IMG/VR virus record: IMGVR_UViG_3300023184_000048 | Span: 1-64,000 of that record | DNA from: a virus | Reading direction: 5' to 3' (one strand) | Length of the DNA: 64,000 bases | In this document: positions 18,373 through 29,594 of the stretch, piece after piece | Numbering within the stretch: the first letter of the stretch is position 1 | How the letters are laid out: the number at the start of each line of letters is the position of its first letter | Translations under genes and position numbers: made by a program | The notes under the pieces: model-generated | Seen by the model: the letters and a program-made list of their open reading frames with translations, nothing else | Databases searched by the model: none | Told to the model about the DNA's origin: nothing

Positions 18373-19251
18373 TTATTCTTGGTATCCAATTATCCAGATA
18401 TCAATACTTGGAAGAGTCCCAACTACTTCACCCGGCCTATTATTTATAAGACCCTCGATATCACTAACCATTGCAACATAAAACTTTTTAGTAGTTGTAT
18501 TTAAAAGACAAGCAAATTGATTTCCATCTTGTTGGATATTTGACCCCCAGCCGTTATGAATCAAGTTCCAACGTTTTGGTGTTATTGTATTATCGTGAGT
18601 TGCTCCAATAGCAAGTTTAGTGTTATTGCTGGTGGTTGCTAATATGGTGACATATCCTATAATAGCCTTGGCTGTAGAGGGAACAACATCCAAAACACTT
18701 ACTTCTTTTGGGTTATTACTATAATCAATTTCAATATTATCCCATATTTTTTGAGGTTTTTTGAAGTAATAGGTTTTAGACACACCAATAGTTCCCGGAT
18801 GTTTTGTTTTTGGGTCGGTATCCTGATCATCACTTGGATCTTCGGATAATGCTATAGAAGTCACCAATCCTTTGGAATTTATATTAATACTATCAATAAC
18901 ACCACCACTATAAGTCCCATAAGGACTTGGGTTTAAGTCTTTCAAATACTCATTAGAGAGATTTCCTTTATCCAATCTACCAATTTTCTTACTGGATTCT
19001 TGATAAAGCAATGCGTTTTCATTTCCTGCGGTGCTTGGATATTCTAATGCGCCCACATTTAAGGTATCGGATGATAAATTTCCAGTGATAGTGACTCCAA
19101 CACCCTGTCTGCCCAAAGATAGGGCTGATTTGTTGCCCACACCATCATACACGATACCAACACCAGAAGATGGTAATGGATCTCCCTGCATGTGTAATAA
19201 TCCATCAAAAGTATCATCAATATATTGATTGCTTAAGTCACTGTCACTCAT
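18373..19251 (-). CDS. Putative tail fibre/receptor-binding protein
   Basis: Fibre-like N-half ('SININSKGLVTS') and a compact beta C-terminal domain; late promoter. Confidence 0.55.
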   Translation of the reverse strand: MSDSDLSNQYIDDTFDGLLHMQGDPLPSSGVGIVYDGVGNKSALSLGRQGVGVTITGNLSSDTLNVGALEYPSTAGNENALLYQESSKKIGRLDKGNLSNEYLKDLNPSPYGTYSGGVIDSININSKGLVTSIALSEDPSDDQDTDPKTKHPGTIGVSKTYYFKKPQKIWDNIEIDYSNNPKEVSVLDVVPSTAKAIIGYVTILATTSNNTKLAIGATHDNTITPKRWNLIHNGWGSNIQQDGNQFACLLNTTTKKFYVAMVSDIEGLINNRPGEVVGTLPSIDIWIIGYQE

Positions 19252-19273
19252 TGAAACTATTTAATAGCAAAAA

Positions 19274-21076
19274 TTAATTTTCAACTGATACAGGCAATAA
19301 TCTCGATTGTATTTGAGTGATCAATATAAAGATTCTCTGGAGAGTGATTATATTAATAGTTTCATTACCGTTAATATAAAGATTACTCACATCATATAAT
19401 ATGTCTTCCAATTCTCTGTTGATCACTGTATATTCAGAAATTTCAAAAGAACCAGAAGATTTGTTGAATATATTAAGAGTATCCTTTACAAGATTAGATA
19501 TTGCAGTATTGAAATACAATCCTAGAGAAGATTCTGAACATATGACCCCCGTAAAAAATTTCTCCAAGTCGTTTGGGATATTTTCAAGGTTTCTATTTTC
19601 CAAATTTTGTGATATGGCGTATAATCTTCCGACATTGTGGTGTAGAATATACATTTTGTTATTCTTTACAAGTTCAGATGATGCTAAATTATTGTAATAA
19701 TTTGATTTTTTCTTCGAATAGTTCCAACTATAATTGAAATATTTCCATATATGATCTAATTCACCCCATTTATATTTTTTTGGATAAAATAAGTCACAAG
19801 ATTCCAATCTACCCGATGGATATTCGGGATTTGATATGTATCGGGATTGATATTCGTATTCGGTATATACATTGAATATATTTGAATCAAATTCAGAAAA
19901 TTTGATAGTATATTTTTGAGCATTATTTGATATGCTTTTCAATACACTTGTTTTGAAATCAGAGACATTAGCACTGTCGATAAAGGTTACAAATAACTCA
20001 GAGTCCATCTTGTGTAAAATAACAATATAATCGTCAAGATTTCTTATATTCAAGGTTAATACGTTTTTGATATCGTAACTTGATAAATTTATGGATTTGA
20101 ACACATCCGAAGAATATTTATTTGATAAATGTAAGACATTTTGAGATATTCCAGTCCTAAAATCTTTACCAAATTTTATAAATTCTGGATTATTTGTATT
20201 TGTTATTTTGAATCTTGTGGTCCAATATTCTTTCAGATCATTCCATTTTATATGCGTCCTATTCCAAATATAATCTATAGTATCAGTCTCCTTTAGACTT
20301 ATTTGATCGATTAGATTTGATGTCAGAAGATTGTCACAATATTGATAATTTGAAGCATCATATATGTTTATACTCTCGGTGTTGACTGTAATTATCTTCT
20401 CATTCTCCAAATCATATTCAATATTATATGTATAATCGGGTTTGAATGTTGGAGGCTGTTTTGTCAGATCCGGGTGTTGATCAACAGATTCAAGTATTTT
20501 TATTGGATTTTTGTTGAGAAAACTCCCACCGATCACAAAGTTTTTCGTCCCTGTTGAACAGATGTATTTAAAATTTTCAAAACTATCGATCAAAAAGGTT
20601 CCCGACTGGATTTCATCCATGAAACTCCAATCCTCAGATATTGCAAAAGGCTCGATGTTAAATTTTGTCAATTTTCCAGATGGATAATCAGTTGAAGAGG
20701 ATAATGAGTAAAAATGAGCATTATTTTCTTCAAATTTGTATATTGTGGGGTAATTTAATATCAAACTTTTGAATATTATTAAATTATTATGGTTTATTGA
20801 TCCAAGAGAACTATCCAATCCCTGTTTGTTCAAAATATCAAAGCTATTTGAGTAATATGGTGATATGGATGATATATTATTGTAATTTGTATCAGTCTCA
20901 TATCCAGAGGAGTTGATCTCCCCCATAAATGTATTTTTCGGAATTAATAATAGGCTTTCCTCGGTGTGTGATGCCCCGGAATAACTCAATCCATCATATA
21001 TATGAAATGGACCCACATAATCATAATTATCAATAACGTATGATTCACCGTTTGTGTATTTTGAATATGTGATCAT
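19274..21076 (-). CDS. Putative virion structural protein
   Basis: 600 aa, Asn/Ser/Tyr-rich, in the late operon. Confidence 0.55.
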   Translation of the reverse strand: MITYSKYTNGESYVIDNYDYVGPFHIYDGLSYSGASHTEESLLLIPKNTFMGEINSSGYETDTNYNNISSISPYYSNSFDILNKQGLDSSLGSINHNNLIIFKSLILNYPTIYKFEENNAHFYSLSSSTDYPSGKLTKFNIEPFAISEDWSFMDEIQSGTFLIDSFENFKYICSTGTKNFVIGGSFLNKNPIKILESVDQHPDLTKQPPTFKPDYTYNIEYDLENEKIITVNTESINIYDASNYQYCDNLLTSNLIDQISLKETDTIDYIWNRTHIKWNDLKEYWTTRFKITNTNNPEFIKFGKDFRTGISQNVLHLSNKYSSDVFKSINLSSYDIKNVLTLNIRNLDDYIVILHKMDSELFVTFIDSANVSDFKTSVLKSISNNAQKYTIKFSEFDSNIFNVYTEYEYQSRYISNPEYPSGRLESCDLFYPKKYKWGELDHIWKYFNYSWNYSKKKSNYYNNLASSELVKNNKMYILHHNVGRLYAISQNLENRNLENIPNDLEKFFTGVICSESSLGLYFNTAISNLVKDTLNIFNKSSGSFEISEYTVINRELEDILYDVSNLYINGNETINIITLQRIFILITQIQSRLLPVSVEN

Positions 21077-23349
21077 TTAAAATTTTGGAAATTGATATTA
21101 TGAATATTAGTATTTATGGGCAGGAATTCTTTAATTGATGTTTTCACAGAATCTTCGATTCCTTTTAATATATTTGGGTTTGAAACGTTTAAGTTCTTCA
21201 ATATAATGTTTATGTTATTTGATTTGAATGTTGAAGAACCACATACAGACTGTAGATATTCTATATTGTCGAAACTATTTCTCATACCACAAGGTAATGT
21301 CACATGAATTTCATCGACTTTCATTTTCCCATTCAATATGGGAAGTATGAAAGTTAAGTTTTGGTCTATATACTGATCCACTACAAAAAATCCCGTAATG
21401 TCTACACCAGAATAATATAATAGATTGTTTTTTGATTGATTATACAAGAAAAAATCTCCATATAGTAATTGTTTTCTAACATATTGATATATGGGAATTT
21501 TAAAACTCTTCACAACATTATTATTCAAGAAGAAGTAACCAATACCTTTCAATGAGTCTATGGAAACACATACAAAATTTTCCTTCAAGATCTTTATGTT
21601 TTCAACCTGATCAAAAATCAAATGACTTTGATCTGATGGGTCATATAAATTATATGTTATTTGAATTTGTGTCTGGGTTTTTGTGATTTTTAACCCAGAC
21701 TCTATAGCATTGTGATCACTTTTTACTGTCCATGAAGATTCATCACCCTTGAAATAAAATGCTACAGTGAACTGATTTGAATTGTTTATTTGTTTAAAAT
21801 AATTCACAGGGATATTCCCGTCAGGATAATTGCAGTATGTTATGTTTGATGATATTGATGGGAAACCAGATTCGGATATTCTCTCATATGAATACCTTTT
21901 ATTTGGTTCAAATACAAGATCACTTATTTTATCAAAAAATTTCTTATCATCTATACTGGCTTTTATTTCAGAATTATTTGCTATCAACTGCTCAATATAA
22001 TCGTCATAGGTTGATGTATATGATGATCTTGAGCTTAAGGCTTGAAGTTTTTCAATTCTATCTGGATAATAATACCTATCAACCCATACCTTACTCCCAG
22101 AGGTGGGTGATCCAGACAACCAAGTGCATAATAAATATTGACCACCCTCATAATTCTGAGGATTTTCTGATAGGGAATATACTTTATCAGAGTATTGTGG
22201 AGTGTCGAATGAAAAGGAACCGGAATCCACAAATTTTGAATCATTTATGTTCAATTTTTGAAAAGGATACATGCTGGAAGGACTTGTGAAGTAATTGGTC
22301 CCCGGAGATATTTTATATGATTTGTTGTAAAATACATAATTCAATTCAAGATCTTCTGATGTTTCCTCTTTTATATCTTGAAGAATTGATGTATATTCTC
22401 TCAAACCATTCACAGCTATTTTATTATTGACAGATGATAAAAGATTATCCGATGATGAAAATATATCCTCCTGTAATAGTTGGTTCTTTAAAGGTATAAT
22501 ATCCACCAAAGATATATCATTTTCATATTTTTTATTCAAAAGAAAATTGTTTGACAAATCAAACATACTTTTTGGATGATCAATATTATTATCATTTTGA
22601 TAAGTTATAAATGAGGTATTGAGCGAAGTCTTTGGATATGTATATATGTTCCTATCCAATTTGAATGGTGGTTTTGCCACATATGTTGCCACATTATCAT
22701 CATAAATTTGAAACATTTTCAAATTAAATCCGTCTTTGGTTATGAAAAAGTTTCCTCCTTCTGATTCTTTAAATATGTGAATTGATTTTTCATCTTCGGA
22801 GAAAATGTATTTAAAATTCTGCGGTAATAAATACCCAGATTCAAAATTTAACACTGTATCCTTAACAAAATATAGATTATTATTAATATCCGCAGATAAG
22901 TAATATTTTTTGTATTCATATGTGTGATATATCTGACATATATTATTATCAAGGATGATAATTGTCATTTTCACACCAGAATCTTCAATATTTGAGGAGA
23001 ATGACACATCCCCATAATTTAGATAATCATAATATCTATTCGCCTCTGCGTATGGACCGGATTTCGAAAGGGAGAATTTGACATATTCTTGACCATATTG
23101 CAAATGAGTGTTTATCACAGTCGATTTCAATCTTTTGTTATCAAAATCAAAAACATCCGAAAATACAAAATTATTACTTAGATAGAAATTTGTAAAATTT
23201 TTGATTTTGAAATCATTAAACGCTGATAAACATTTTGAAAAATTTAAAGTGTAATTTCCGGGGTATGTTCTTTGAAATTGTTTAATATTCACCCCAGCCA
23301 TATTTGAACTGAGTGTTGGAGAATATAAAAAAGATAAATTTGAAATCAC
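21073..23349 (-). CDS. Putative virion structural protein (GTG start)
   Basis: 758 aa; TAAATA 5 nt before start. Confidence 0.6.
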   Translation of the reverse strand: MISNLSFLYSPTLSSNMAGVNIKQFQRTYPGNYTLNFSKCLSAFNDFKIKNFTNFYLSNNFVFSDVFDFDNKRLKSTVINTHLQYGQEYVKFSLSKSGPYAEANRYYDYLNYGDVSFSSNIEDSGVKMTIIILDNNICQIYHTYEYKKYYLSADINNNLYFVKDTVLNFESGYLLPQNFKYIFSEDEKSIHIFKESEGGNFFITKDGFNLKMFQIYDDNVATYVAKPPFKLDRNIYTYPKTSLNTSFITYQNDNNIDHPKSMFDLSNNFLLNKKYENDISLVDIIPLKNQLLQEDIFSSSDNLLSSVNNKIAVNGLREYTSILQDIKEETSEDLELNYVFYNKSYKISPGTNYFTSPSSMYPFQKLNINDSKFVDSGSFSFDTPQYSDKVYSLSENPQNYEGGQYLLCTWLSGSPTSGSKVWVDRYYYPDRIEKLQALSSRSSYTSTYDDYIEQLIANNSEIKASIDDKKFFDKISDLVFEPNKRYSYERISESGFPSISSNITYCNYPDGNIPVNYFKQINNSNQFTVAFYFKGDESSWTVKSDHNAIESGLKITKTQTQIQITYNLYDPSDQSHLIFDQVENIKILKENFVCVSIDSLKGIGYFFLNNNVVKSFKIPIYQYVRKQLLYGDFFLYNQSKNNLLYYSGVDITGFFVVDQYIDQNLTFILPILNGKMKVDEIHVTLPCGMRNSFDNIEYLQSVCGSSTFKSNNINIILKNLNVSNPNILKGIEDSVKTSIKEFLPINTNIHNINFQNFK

Positions 23350-23357
23350 TAAAATAT

Positions 23358-23858
23358 TTAATAGCTTATCATCTCAATCAATTGCTTGTTGATTGTTGAT
23401 TCTAATTGATACTCTACAGGATTCCCACTGATCGGTAGAATATTCGTATTTAATATTTTCAAATCACCCAAAGATTCAAAATAATCATATGTTCTTATCT
23501 TTATTGGAATCACAAACCAATTATTATCACCATTTGTGTAATTCACCAACACTTGAGCACTTAAACTTTTATACAATGCGTATGAAGAAGGTTTATATTC
23601 ATTTGAATACAGATTAGTCAAAACTGGACTGAAATTTAAAGCATTTACGTTATCTCTTCCGGTTCGGTAGATATTGTTATCATAAAGTTCAACGACATCA
23701 CCTAAACCCCAGTCTATTTTTACATATACGGGGATTATAGTATCCGAGATACCACTCAAATCTATGTTCAGCTTGGTATAATCCTGAAATTCCAACAATT
23801 TCACATGTGATGTAAAATTTGTAGTATTTGAAGATAATGATAAGTTATACGTGTTCAA
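23358..23858 (-). CDS. Putative virion protein, PKD/Ig-like
   Basis: 'VKIDWGLGD' resembles the PKD WDFGDG motif. Confidence 0.5.
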   Translation of the reverse strand: MNTYNLSLSSNTTNFTSHVKLLEFQDYTKLNIDLSGISDTIIPVYVKIDWGLGDVVELYDNNIYRTGRDNVNALNFSPVLTNLYSNEYKPSSYALYKSLSAQVLVNYTNGDNNWFVIPIKIRTYDYFESLGDLKILNTNILPISGNPVEYQLESTINKQLIEMISY

Positions 23859-26554
23859 ATTATTAGTTCTTGGGTTTGAGTATTTATGGTGATTGCTGAT
23901 CCTGATAAGAATGGGGTGACTGTCAACACATCAGTATCAAAAGTATTGGAGTAATTGGATACACCAGAATTTAAGATTTTGTTTTCAGCAAAAATAACAT
24001 CAGGATTTAAGTAAAAACTATATGAATACACACGAACCATATCATTTTGGTCTTTCAGCAAGAAAGATATATTGAATGTATTGTTTCTGCTGCTATATGA
24101 TATTTTTGGAGTTTCTGATTTGACATATCTAACATCACCACCTGAAATATTGAAAAAATCTGTCAAGTCAGATTCATGAAGTGGAAATATTTTATTGTTT
24201 ATGAAGTTGATGGAATCAAATCTATAAATTTCGGGATACAATAAGAAATTATTAGATGATATCGCATTTTGTGTAGTATTCAACTTATAATAGAAAATGT
24301 CATTTTCTTTCTTTATTCTATTTGAAATTTTATCAAATTCGGTATTGGAATGTGTTTTATATGTTGGATTTGTCTTTGGATCTTCAAAAACTCCATCTGA
24401 TACTGATATTTTGTTTATTGTCAGATAATTTGGGGTTTCTATAAAGATAATATCGTTACTCATATCAAAAGATATAACATTCGAAGATATTTGTTGGATT
24501 ATGTCATTGGAATATTTTGATTCCAAATAAGGAAGCATTTCCAATATAGGTAAAACTTGTTGAGTGTAAGAATTCTTTACTAATATTGAACCACTCAATG
24601 CATAATTCGGATAGTCCAATGGTTCCAAAGATGTAACATCATACACTGTCGGGTTTGTGGTTATTGGAGAATATTGATAATCATTGGTGTTGAACTGAAA
24701 GGAATTATCGAAGGGTAGTTCATATCTAGAACCATCTACAATATTAACATCCGATCCTCTTATGTATTTACCCAAGTTTGCGGTTAGAGTTGGAAAATTT
24801 GAATCCAGCAACGCTCTTTGTGTTGGGGATGATGTAGCTAAAGCGCATTCCACCAAATCCGTGTAATAATAAGAACCATTATCATATTCAAAACTTGACA
24901 AATCCGAAGATATAGTGTCGTCATACAACGTATAATCAGACTTTGACACATAGCCACACTCTACAATATTATAGGTAGTGACCAAGTTGGATTCTGTGGG
25001 TTCTATGAGTTCGTTATATGGAGAGAATTGTCCAAAATAAAGAATCAAATCAGCATCTTGAGGAGTGAAATCTGTCGTAAAGGTCGATAAACCAGATCTC
25101 TTGGTTTCTAAAAACGTAGAGTCGTCAACTATAGAATAATTAAAATTCAAACCTTCTCCATAAAAATCATCATAAAATTCATAACCATTTACGACAACAT
25201 TCTCCAAAGTTGTCATATCTATGTTTTCTATCCGTTTTTTAAATCTGAAATCGTTTTTGAATAATCCGTAGATATTGTTGTAGATATCCCTTTTGGAATC
25301 TTCGACAAACCCTTTATCAAACACCGAATCTATATATTTCTGAGTGTTTGAGTCTATCTTGGAAGTATATCCATAGTATTTGGTATCATACTGATTTGTG
25401 GATGGTTGATTATTAGCAAAACCAGACGAGAAATTTCTTTTCAGATAAGAATCATCCACATTAAAGGTGAAAACATCACCATTATTCCCTACGATATTTG
25501 GATCTGGGTAGAAGTATAAAGTATTTGGTTTTAAATTTGGTATATTAACACTATATGATACATTGATACCATCAACCAATATGATTGATGTGTTTGATGG
25601 TTTGAAAAACCCCTTTTCTCTTTCTGTGATGAGATTACTGGAGAGTTCAGTCGAAACTGTGGTTGGATAATTTCGGTTTAAAAAGTTGAAAACCTTATTA
25701 TCAGACTCGAAAAGTTTACCAGACAAAAATGACGATGTTGTATTGCCAGTTGATAGGTAATAAAAATCTGTGAATGTGTATTTCTGGGTCAACAATCTTT
25801 TATTTTCTAAAAGATTATCAATTTCTTTAATCTTTTTTAATTCTTCACTGATGCCAGACAATCTATATGTAATAGTTTCATTGTCAGGTGTCAGGAAGAG
25901 ATTGTAGCCATAGTCTAAATCCTTGTTATCATAAATTTTTGGGTCTGGTAGTTTATTGAAGTATAGAGGATATCCATCATATAATTCCTCAATCTCAACC
26001 TCTAATTTGTTTTTGATTTTTTCAAAATCATATAACATCTTACCATCATCCAGAGATTTTAGATAGGATAATGCTATCTCTGATATTGTTTTCTCTGAAC
26101 CGAAATTTGTCCCCCTTAATTTGTTCCGAACTACGTTAAACTTTACATCATTTCTCTTATTATTATAAAATTGTGATATTTCCTTTAACTTTTTTCCATA
26201 AAACCCTATGACTGTATCCAAATCATAAGGGTCATTAAAGTCTATTTTTGTTAAAAAGTCTTTCTCCTCTTTTGTTGTGTAATTCAAAGATAAATCTTTG
26301 ATAAAATCTCTATATCTATCAGCTATGATAATTTGCTCATTGGAGGATTTGCCTTGATTTATGGTATTCCAAGTTTTAATATAGAAATTATAATAACCCT
26401 GAAGAGAATCAGGTTCAAAGCTTACATTTATTATCTTTATAAATGTAAGGAATGGCATTGGATAACTAACATCCAATGCATTCTCTCTATAAACATTTGG
26501 ATTTGTTATAGATTTGGGGATGTCGGGATACCCCAACTGTAATGATAATGCCAT
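23855..26554 (-). CDS. Large putative virion structural protein
   Basis: 899 aa; late promoter motif. Confidence 0.6.
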   Translation of the reverse strand: MALSLQLGYPDIPKSITNPNVYRENALDVSYPMPFLTFIKIINVSFEPDSLQGYYNFYIKTWNTINQGKSSNEQIIIADRYRDFIKDLSLNYTTKEEKDFLTKIDFNDPYDLDTVIGFYGKKLKEISQFYNNKRNDVKFNVVRNKLRGTNFGSEKTISEIALSYLKSLDDGKMLYDFEKIKNKLEVEIEELYDGYPLYFNKLPDPKIYDNKDLDYGYNLFLTPDNETITYRLSGISEELKKIKEIDNLLENKRLLTQKYTFTDFYYLSTGNTTSSFLSGKLFESDNKVFNFLNRNYPTTVSTELSSNLITEREKGFFKPSNTSIILVDGINVSYSVNIPNLKPNTLYFYPDPNIVGNNGDVFTFNVDDSYLKRNFSSGFANNQPSTNQYDTKYYGYTSKIDSNTQKYIDSVFDKGFVEDSKRDIYNNIYGLFKNDFRFKKRIENIDMTTLENVVVNGYEFYDDFYGEGLNFNYSIVDDSTFLETKRSGLSTFTTDFTPQDADLILYFGQFSPYNELIEPTESNLVTTYNIVECGYVSKSDYTLYDDTISSDLSSFEYDNGSYYYTDLVECALATSSPTQRALLDSNFPTLTANLGKYIRGSDVNIVDGSRYELPFDNSFQFNTNDYQYSPITTNPTVYDVTSLEPLDYPNYALSGSILVKNSYTQQVLPILEMLPYLESKYSNDIIQQISSNVISFDMSNDIIFIETPNYLTINKISVSDGVFEDPKTNPTYKTHSNTEFDKISNRIKKENDIFYYKLNTTQNAISSNNFLLYPEIYRFDSINFINNKIFPLHESDLTDFFNISGGDVRYVKSETPKISYSSRNNTFNISFLLKDQNDMVRVYSYSFYLNPDVIFAENKILNSGVSNYSNTFDTDVLTVTPFLSGSAITINTQTQELII

Positions 26555-26563
26555 TATGGTTAT

Positions 26564-27637
26564 TTAAACATAGAGGGGAATCTTAAGATTTGTTCCGTTT
26601 AATCGAATCACTAGATATTTTCCTGTTGGGGTTCCAGTTCCAGATGTTAAAAATGGATAAGCGGTTGACCCTAAAGCGATTGTGTTATTTTGTGTTGCGG
26701 TGGCATTACGCCCGACAACTAAACATCCTGAGAGTGTTAATGGATTTAATGTTGAAGAAGCTCCAATGATGATATTATCTGACCCAGTGACTCCACCGCC
26801 CCCACTCTGGGAACCAATAAAAATAGAATAGTTTGCATTTATAGCTGAATCACCAGCACCGTCGCCAATAAAGGTGGAATTAAAAGCGTCTGTAGCACCA
26901 CCCCCAGCACCATTTCCAATAAAATTGGATTGAGTCGCATTTGTGGCACCTGCTCCAGCATTATCACCAATAAAAACAGAATATGATGCATCTGTAGCAC
27001 CATCCCCAGCACCACTTCCAATAAAATTAGAGTTGGTTGCAATAGTGGCACCCGACCCAGCATTAAGCCCTATAAAGTTTGAATATGCTGCATCTGAAGC
27101 AGCACCACCAGCCCCAACTCCAATAAAATTAGAGTATGAGGCGTTTGTAGCATTATATCCAGCATTCGTGCCGACTACGAATAGAGCCACCGCACTGCCA
27201 CTGGTTTCATGATTAGTTATACCTACCGAAGAAGCATTAGACCCTATCGATTGTAAGGATAAAATCTTACCAGAAAGAGAAACAGATGATGATGTCAATG
27301 CTCCGTAGATGGTTTGACTAGATGTGAAATTATTATTAATATTTTTGGCTGCAAAATTCGAAGATACACCTTTAAATGTAGTGTAAGTATTTTGCCAATT
27401 TGATGAAAGACTTGAAACATTTGAACCACCCCAATTAGATGATAATGATTTTACTGTATTAAAAGTATTCTGCCAATTAGCAGATAATCCAGAAACATCA
27501 GAACCACCACTTCCTGTATATTTCTTAATTACACTTAATGGGGTTGTTACTGTGACACCATTTTGATTCATCACAACAGTTTCACCACCAGATAAGGGTT
27601 GAGCAGCAGAACCCAAAGCAGAAATTTTAACAGACAT
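26564..27637 (-). CDS. Tail fibre/adhesin with YadA-head-like 15-aa repeats
   Basis: About 8 copies of 'SNFIGxxAGxxAxxA'; two 'LS(A/S)NWQNT' repeats; N-terminal 'VKISAL'. Confidence 0.75.
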   Translation of the reverse strand: MSVKISALGSAAQPLSGGETVVMNQNGVTVTTPLSVIKKYTGSGGSDVSGLSANWQNTFNTVKSLSSNWGGSNVSSLSSNWQNTYTTFKGVSSNFAAKNINNNFTSSQTIYGALTSSSVSLSGKILSLQSIGSNASSVGITNHETSGSAVALFVVGTNAGYNATNASYSNFIGVGAGGAASDAAYSNFIGLNAGSGATIATNSNFIGSGAGDGATDASYSVFIGDNAGAGATNATQSNFIGNGAGGGATDAFNSTFIGDGAGDSAINANYSIFIGSQSGGGGVTGSDNIIIGASSTLNPLTLSGCLVVGRNATATQNNTIALGSTAYPFLTSGTGTPTGKYLVIRLNGTNLKIPLYV

Positions 27638-27780
27638 AAACTTATTTAACCAACATTTTGGATTTTTCCGTTTTTAAAATTTGCCCACTTTCTGCTGTGA
27701 TGTATTTTTTGCGTTTAAAATAATTGTATATTTTTTCCCAAAACATGTTGATATTTAGGGATATTATATAAATAGCCTTG

Positions 27781-27993
27781 ATGAGTGCCAAACTGCTTAA
27801 GAAACTTAAAATCCAAGAAGAAAAACTATTAGACGCTATTTATGAATTCCAAGAATTCCTAGACGCTACCGAAGATCCCGAAGTCTCATCAATGGGTGCA
27901 GAATTTTGTGAGATTTTGGTTGATTTTATCCACGATAATGATACAGTGTCCCTAAATGACATACGCACATTTATCGAAGAAGAAATGGAATAA
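27781..27993 (+). CDS. Hypothetical acidic protein
   Basis: TATAAATA 6 nt before ATG 27781. Confidence 0.6.
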   Translation: MSAKLLKKLKIQEEKLLDAIYEFQEFLDATEDPEVSSMGAEFCEILVDFIHDNDTVSLNDIRTFIEEEME

Positions 27994-28004
27994 GGAGGCG
28001 ATCA

Positions 28005-28928
28005 ATGGGTGATCGGTTTCAGAACATATGGATTGAAAAATTCCGCCCACGATCATTGGATGATCTCTGCATCAACGAAAAAACCAAGAAAAAGATAATT
28101 TCTTGGGGTCAGGATATACCACATCTACTTTTTACATCCACTCCGGGTCAAGGGAAAACCACACTTTCACAAATTTTGGTGAAAGATATATTGAAGTGTG
28201 ACTACATTTATATCAATGCGTCTGATGAGAATGGTATCGATACTGTTCGAAATAAAATAAGTGGATTTATTCAGACTAAAAGTTTTGATGGCAATTTGAA
28301 GGTAGTGATTTTGGATGAGATTGATCACTTTTCAAATTCTGGTCAATCAGCCTTGAGGAATATGATGGAATCTTATGCTGATAATGCGAGGTTCATCCTC
28401 ACCGGAAATTTCAAACATAAAATCATGACGGCAATTCGATCCAGATGCCAGTCTATTGACATAAACCCAACAATCACACAAGCATTGAAAAGATGTTTGG
28501 AAATTTTAAAACTTGAGAATATTCAAGTATCCAAAGAACAGAAAAAATTACTGGCCAATCTGGTAAAAACAAATTTTCCAGATATTCGTAAGTGTATCGG
28601 TGAAATGCAAAAAAATTGCATTGATGGGATTCTTGATATTTCGGAGAGGAATAATACCAATATTATACTTGAACATATTATGAATAATGTTTCAGATAAA
28701 CAATCATTATTGACACGAAAATATCTGATCGAGAATGACGAGTCTTTTAATTCAGATTGGGAGCAACTTTTGGTTGACTTGTTGAACTATGTGTATAAAA
28801 TGACTCTTGTTGATGACAAGAAAAAGGCAATGATCTTAACAATTGCTGACCATTTAGAAAAATGTAGCAGAGTCAATGATAAAGAAATTAATTTCTTTGC
28901 TTGCCTACTTAACTTAGAACAGATCTAA
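28005..28928 (+). CDS. gp44: Clamp loader AAA+ subunit (T4 gp44/RFC small-like)
   Basis: 'WIEKFRP', Walker A 'PGQGKTT', 'INASDENGIDTVR', 'ILDEID', 'Q.ALRNMME', 'SRC', 'FPDIR'. Confidence 0.95.
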   Translation: MGDRFQNIWIEKFRPRSLDDLCINEKTKKKIISWGQDIPHLLFTSTPGQGKTTLSQILVKDILKCDYIYINASDENGIDTVRNKISGFIQTKSFDGNLKVVILDEIDHFSNSGQSALRNMMESYADNARFILTGNFKHKIMTAIRSRCQSIDINPTITQALKRCLEILKLENIQVSKEQKKLLANLVKTNFPDIRKCIGEMQKNCIDGILDISERNNTNIILEHIMNNVSDKQSLLTRKYLIENDESFNSDWEQLLVDLLNYVYKMTLVDDKKKAMILTIADHLEKCSRVNDKEINFFACLLNLEQI

Positions 28929-28929
28929 G

Positions 28930-29565
28930 TTAGGATTGGAATCCCTGACGAAATGCATTGCCAGCACCACCAGTGAATCCTTTGCGTTGAGCACTACCAG
29001 CAAAACTTTGGCGACCCTTTGTGGCAAGTTGAAGTTCATCGATGATGTCACCCAAAGACATGGAATTGATATCACCTGTATGGGTTAGTAATCCTTGTTG
29101 TTGAGCCTTTTCCAGTTGATCTCTAAGAGCATTAACATATTGTTCAGCTTTTTTGGCGAAGTTTTCAGACTTCGCAGCTTCATCACCAGTATTATACATG
29201 TCTTTGGTGTTTTGAACAACTTCTTTACCAGCAGCAAGAGCACCTTTTCCGACATTTTGCCCAAATTCTTTTGCTCCTTGAGCAGCATTTTTAATACCTT
29301 GGCCCAACCTAGAACCAGCACCGCCCAACGCCTTTGCAGAACCACTCGCCGCTTGTTTTCCACCACCGAAAATATTCTTGATACCACCAAAAAATTCATT
29401 AAGAATTCTTTCATTAACTTGACATACATATTCAAGTTGTGATTCTGACATAAGATCTAAATTGTTCAGAGTTTGTGAAATGCTCATATCTTGATATGAT
29501 TCTTTCAAAAGTTGAAGTTCAAAAGCTTCTGTGAGGAGTTGATTATCTCTACTGGAGTATGACAT
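28930..29565 (-). CDS. Candidate internal head protein, Gly/Ala-rich amphipathic
   Basis: 'LLTE', 'LLKE', 'ILNEFFGG' cleavage-like motifs; own late promoter. Confidence 0.6.
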   Translation of the reverse strand: MSYSSRDNQLLTEAFELQLLKESYQDMSISQTLNNLDLMSESQLEYVCQVNERILNEFFGGIKNIFGGGKQAASGSAKALGGAGSRLGQGIKNAAQGAKEFGQNVGKGALAAGKEVVQNTKDMYNTGDEAAKSENFAKKAEQYVNALRDQLEKAQQQGLLTHTGDINSMSLGDIIDELQLATKGRQSFAGSAQRKGFTGGAGNAFRQGFQS

Positions 29566-29594
29566 ATTATTATTTAGTTAAAGTTATTAAATTA

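Noticed and set aside
15445-27637. Diversity-generating retroelement targeting fibre genes
   Set aside because: No reverse transcriptase, and no template/variable repeat pair differing at adenines was seen in the window.
27638-27777. Structured ncRNA, tRNA or replication origin in the largest intergenic gap
   Set aside because: AT-rich divergent promoter region; no cloverleaf, convincing stem or iteron array visible.
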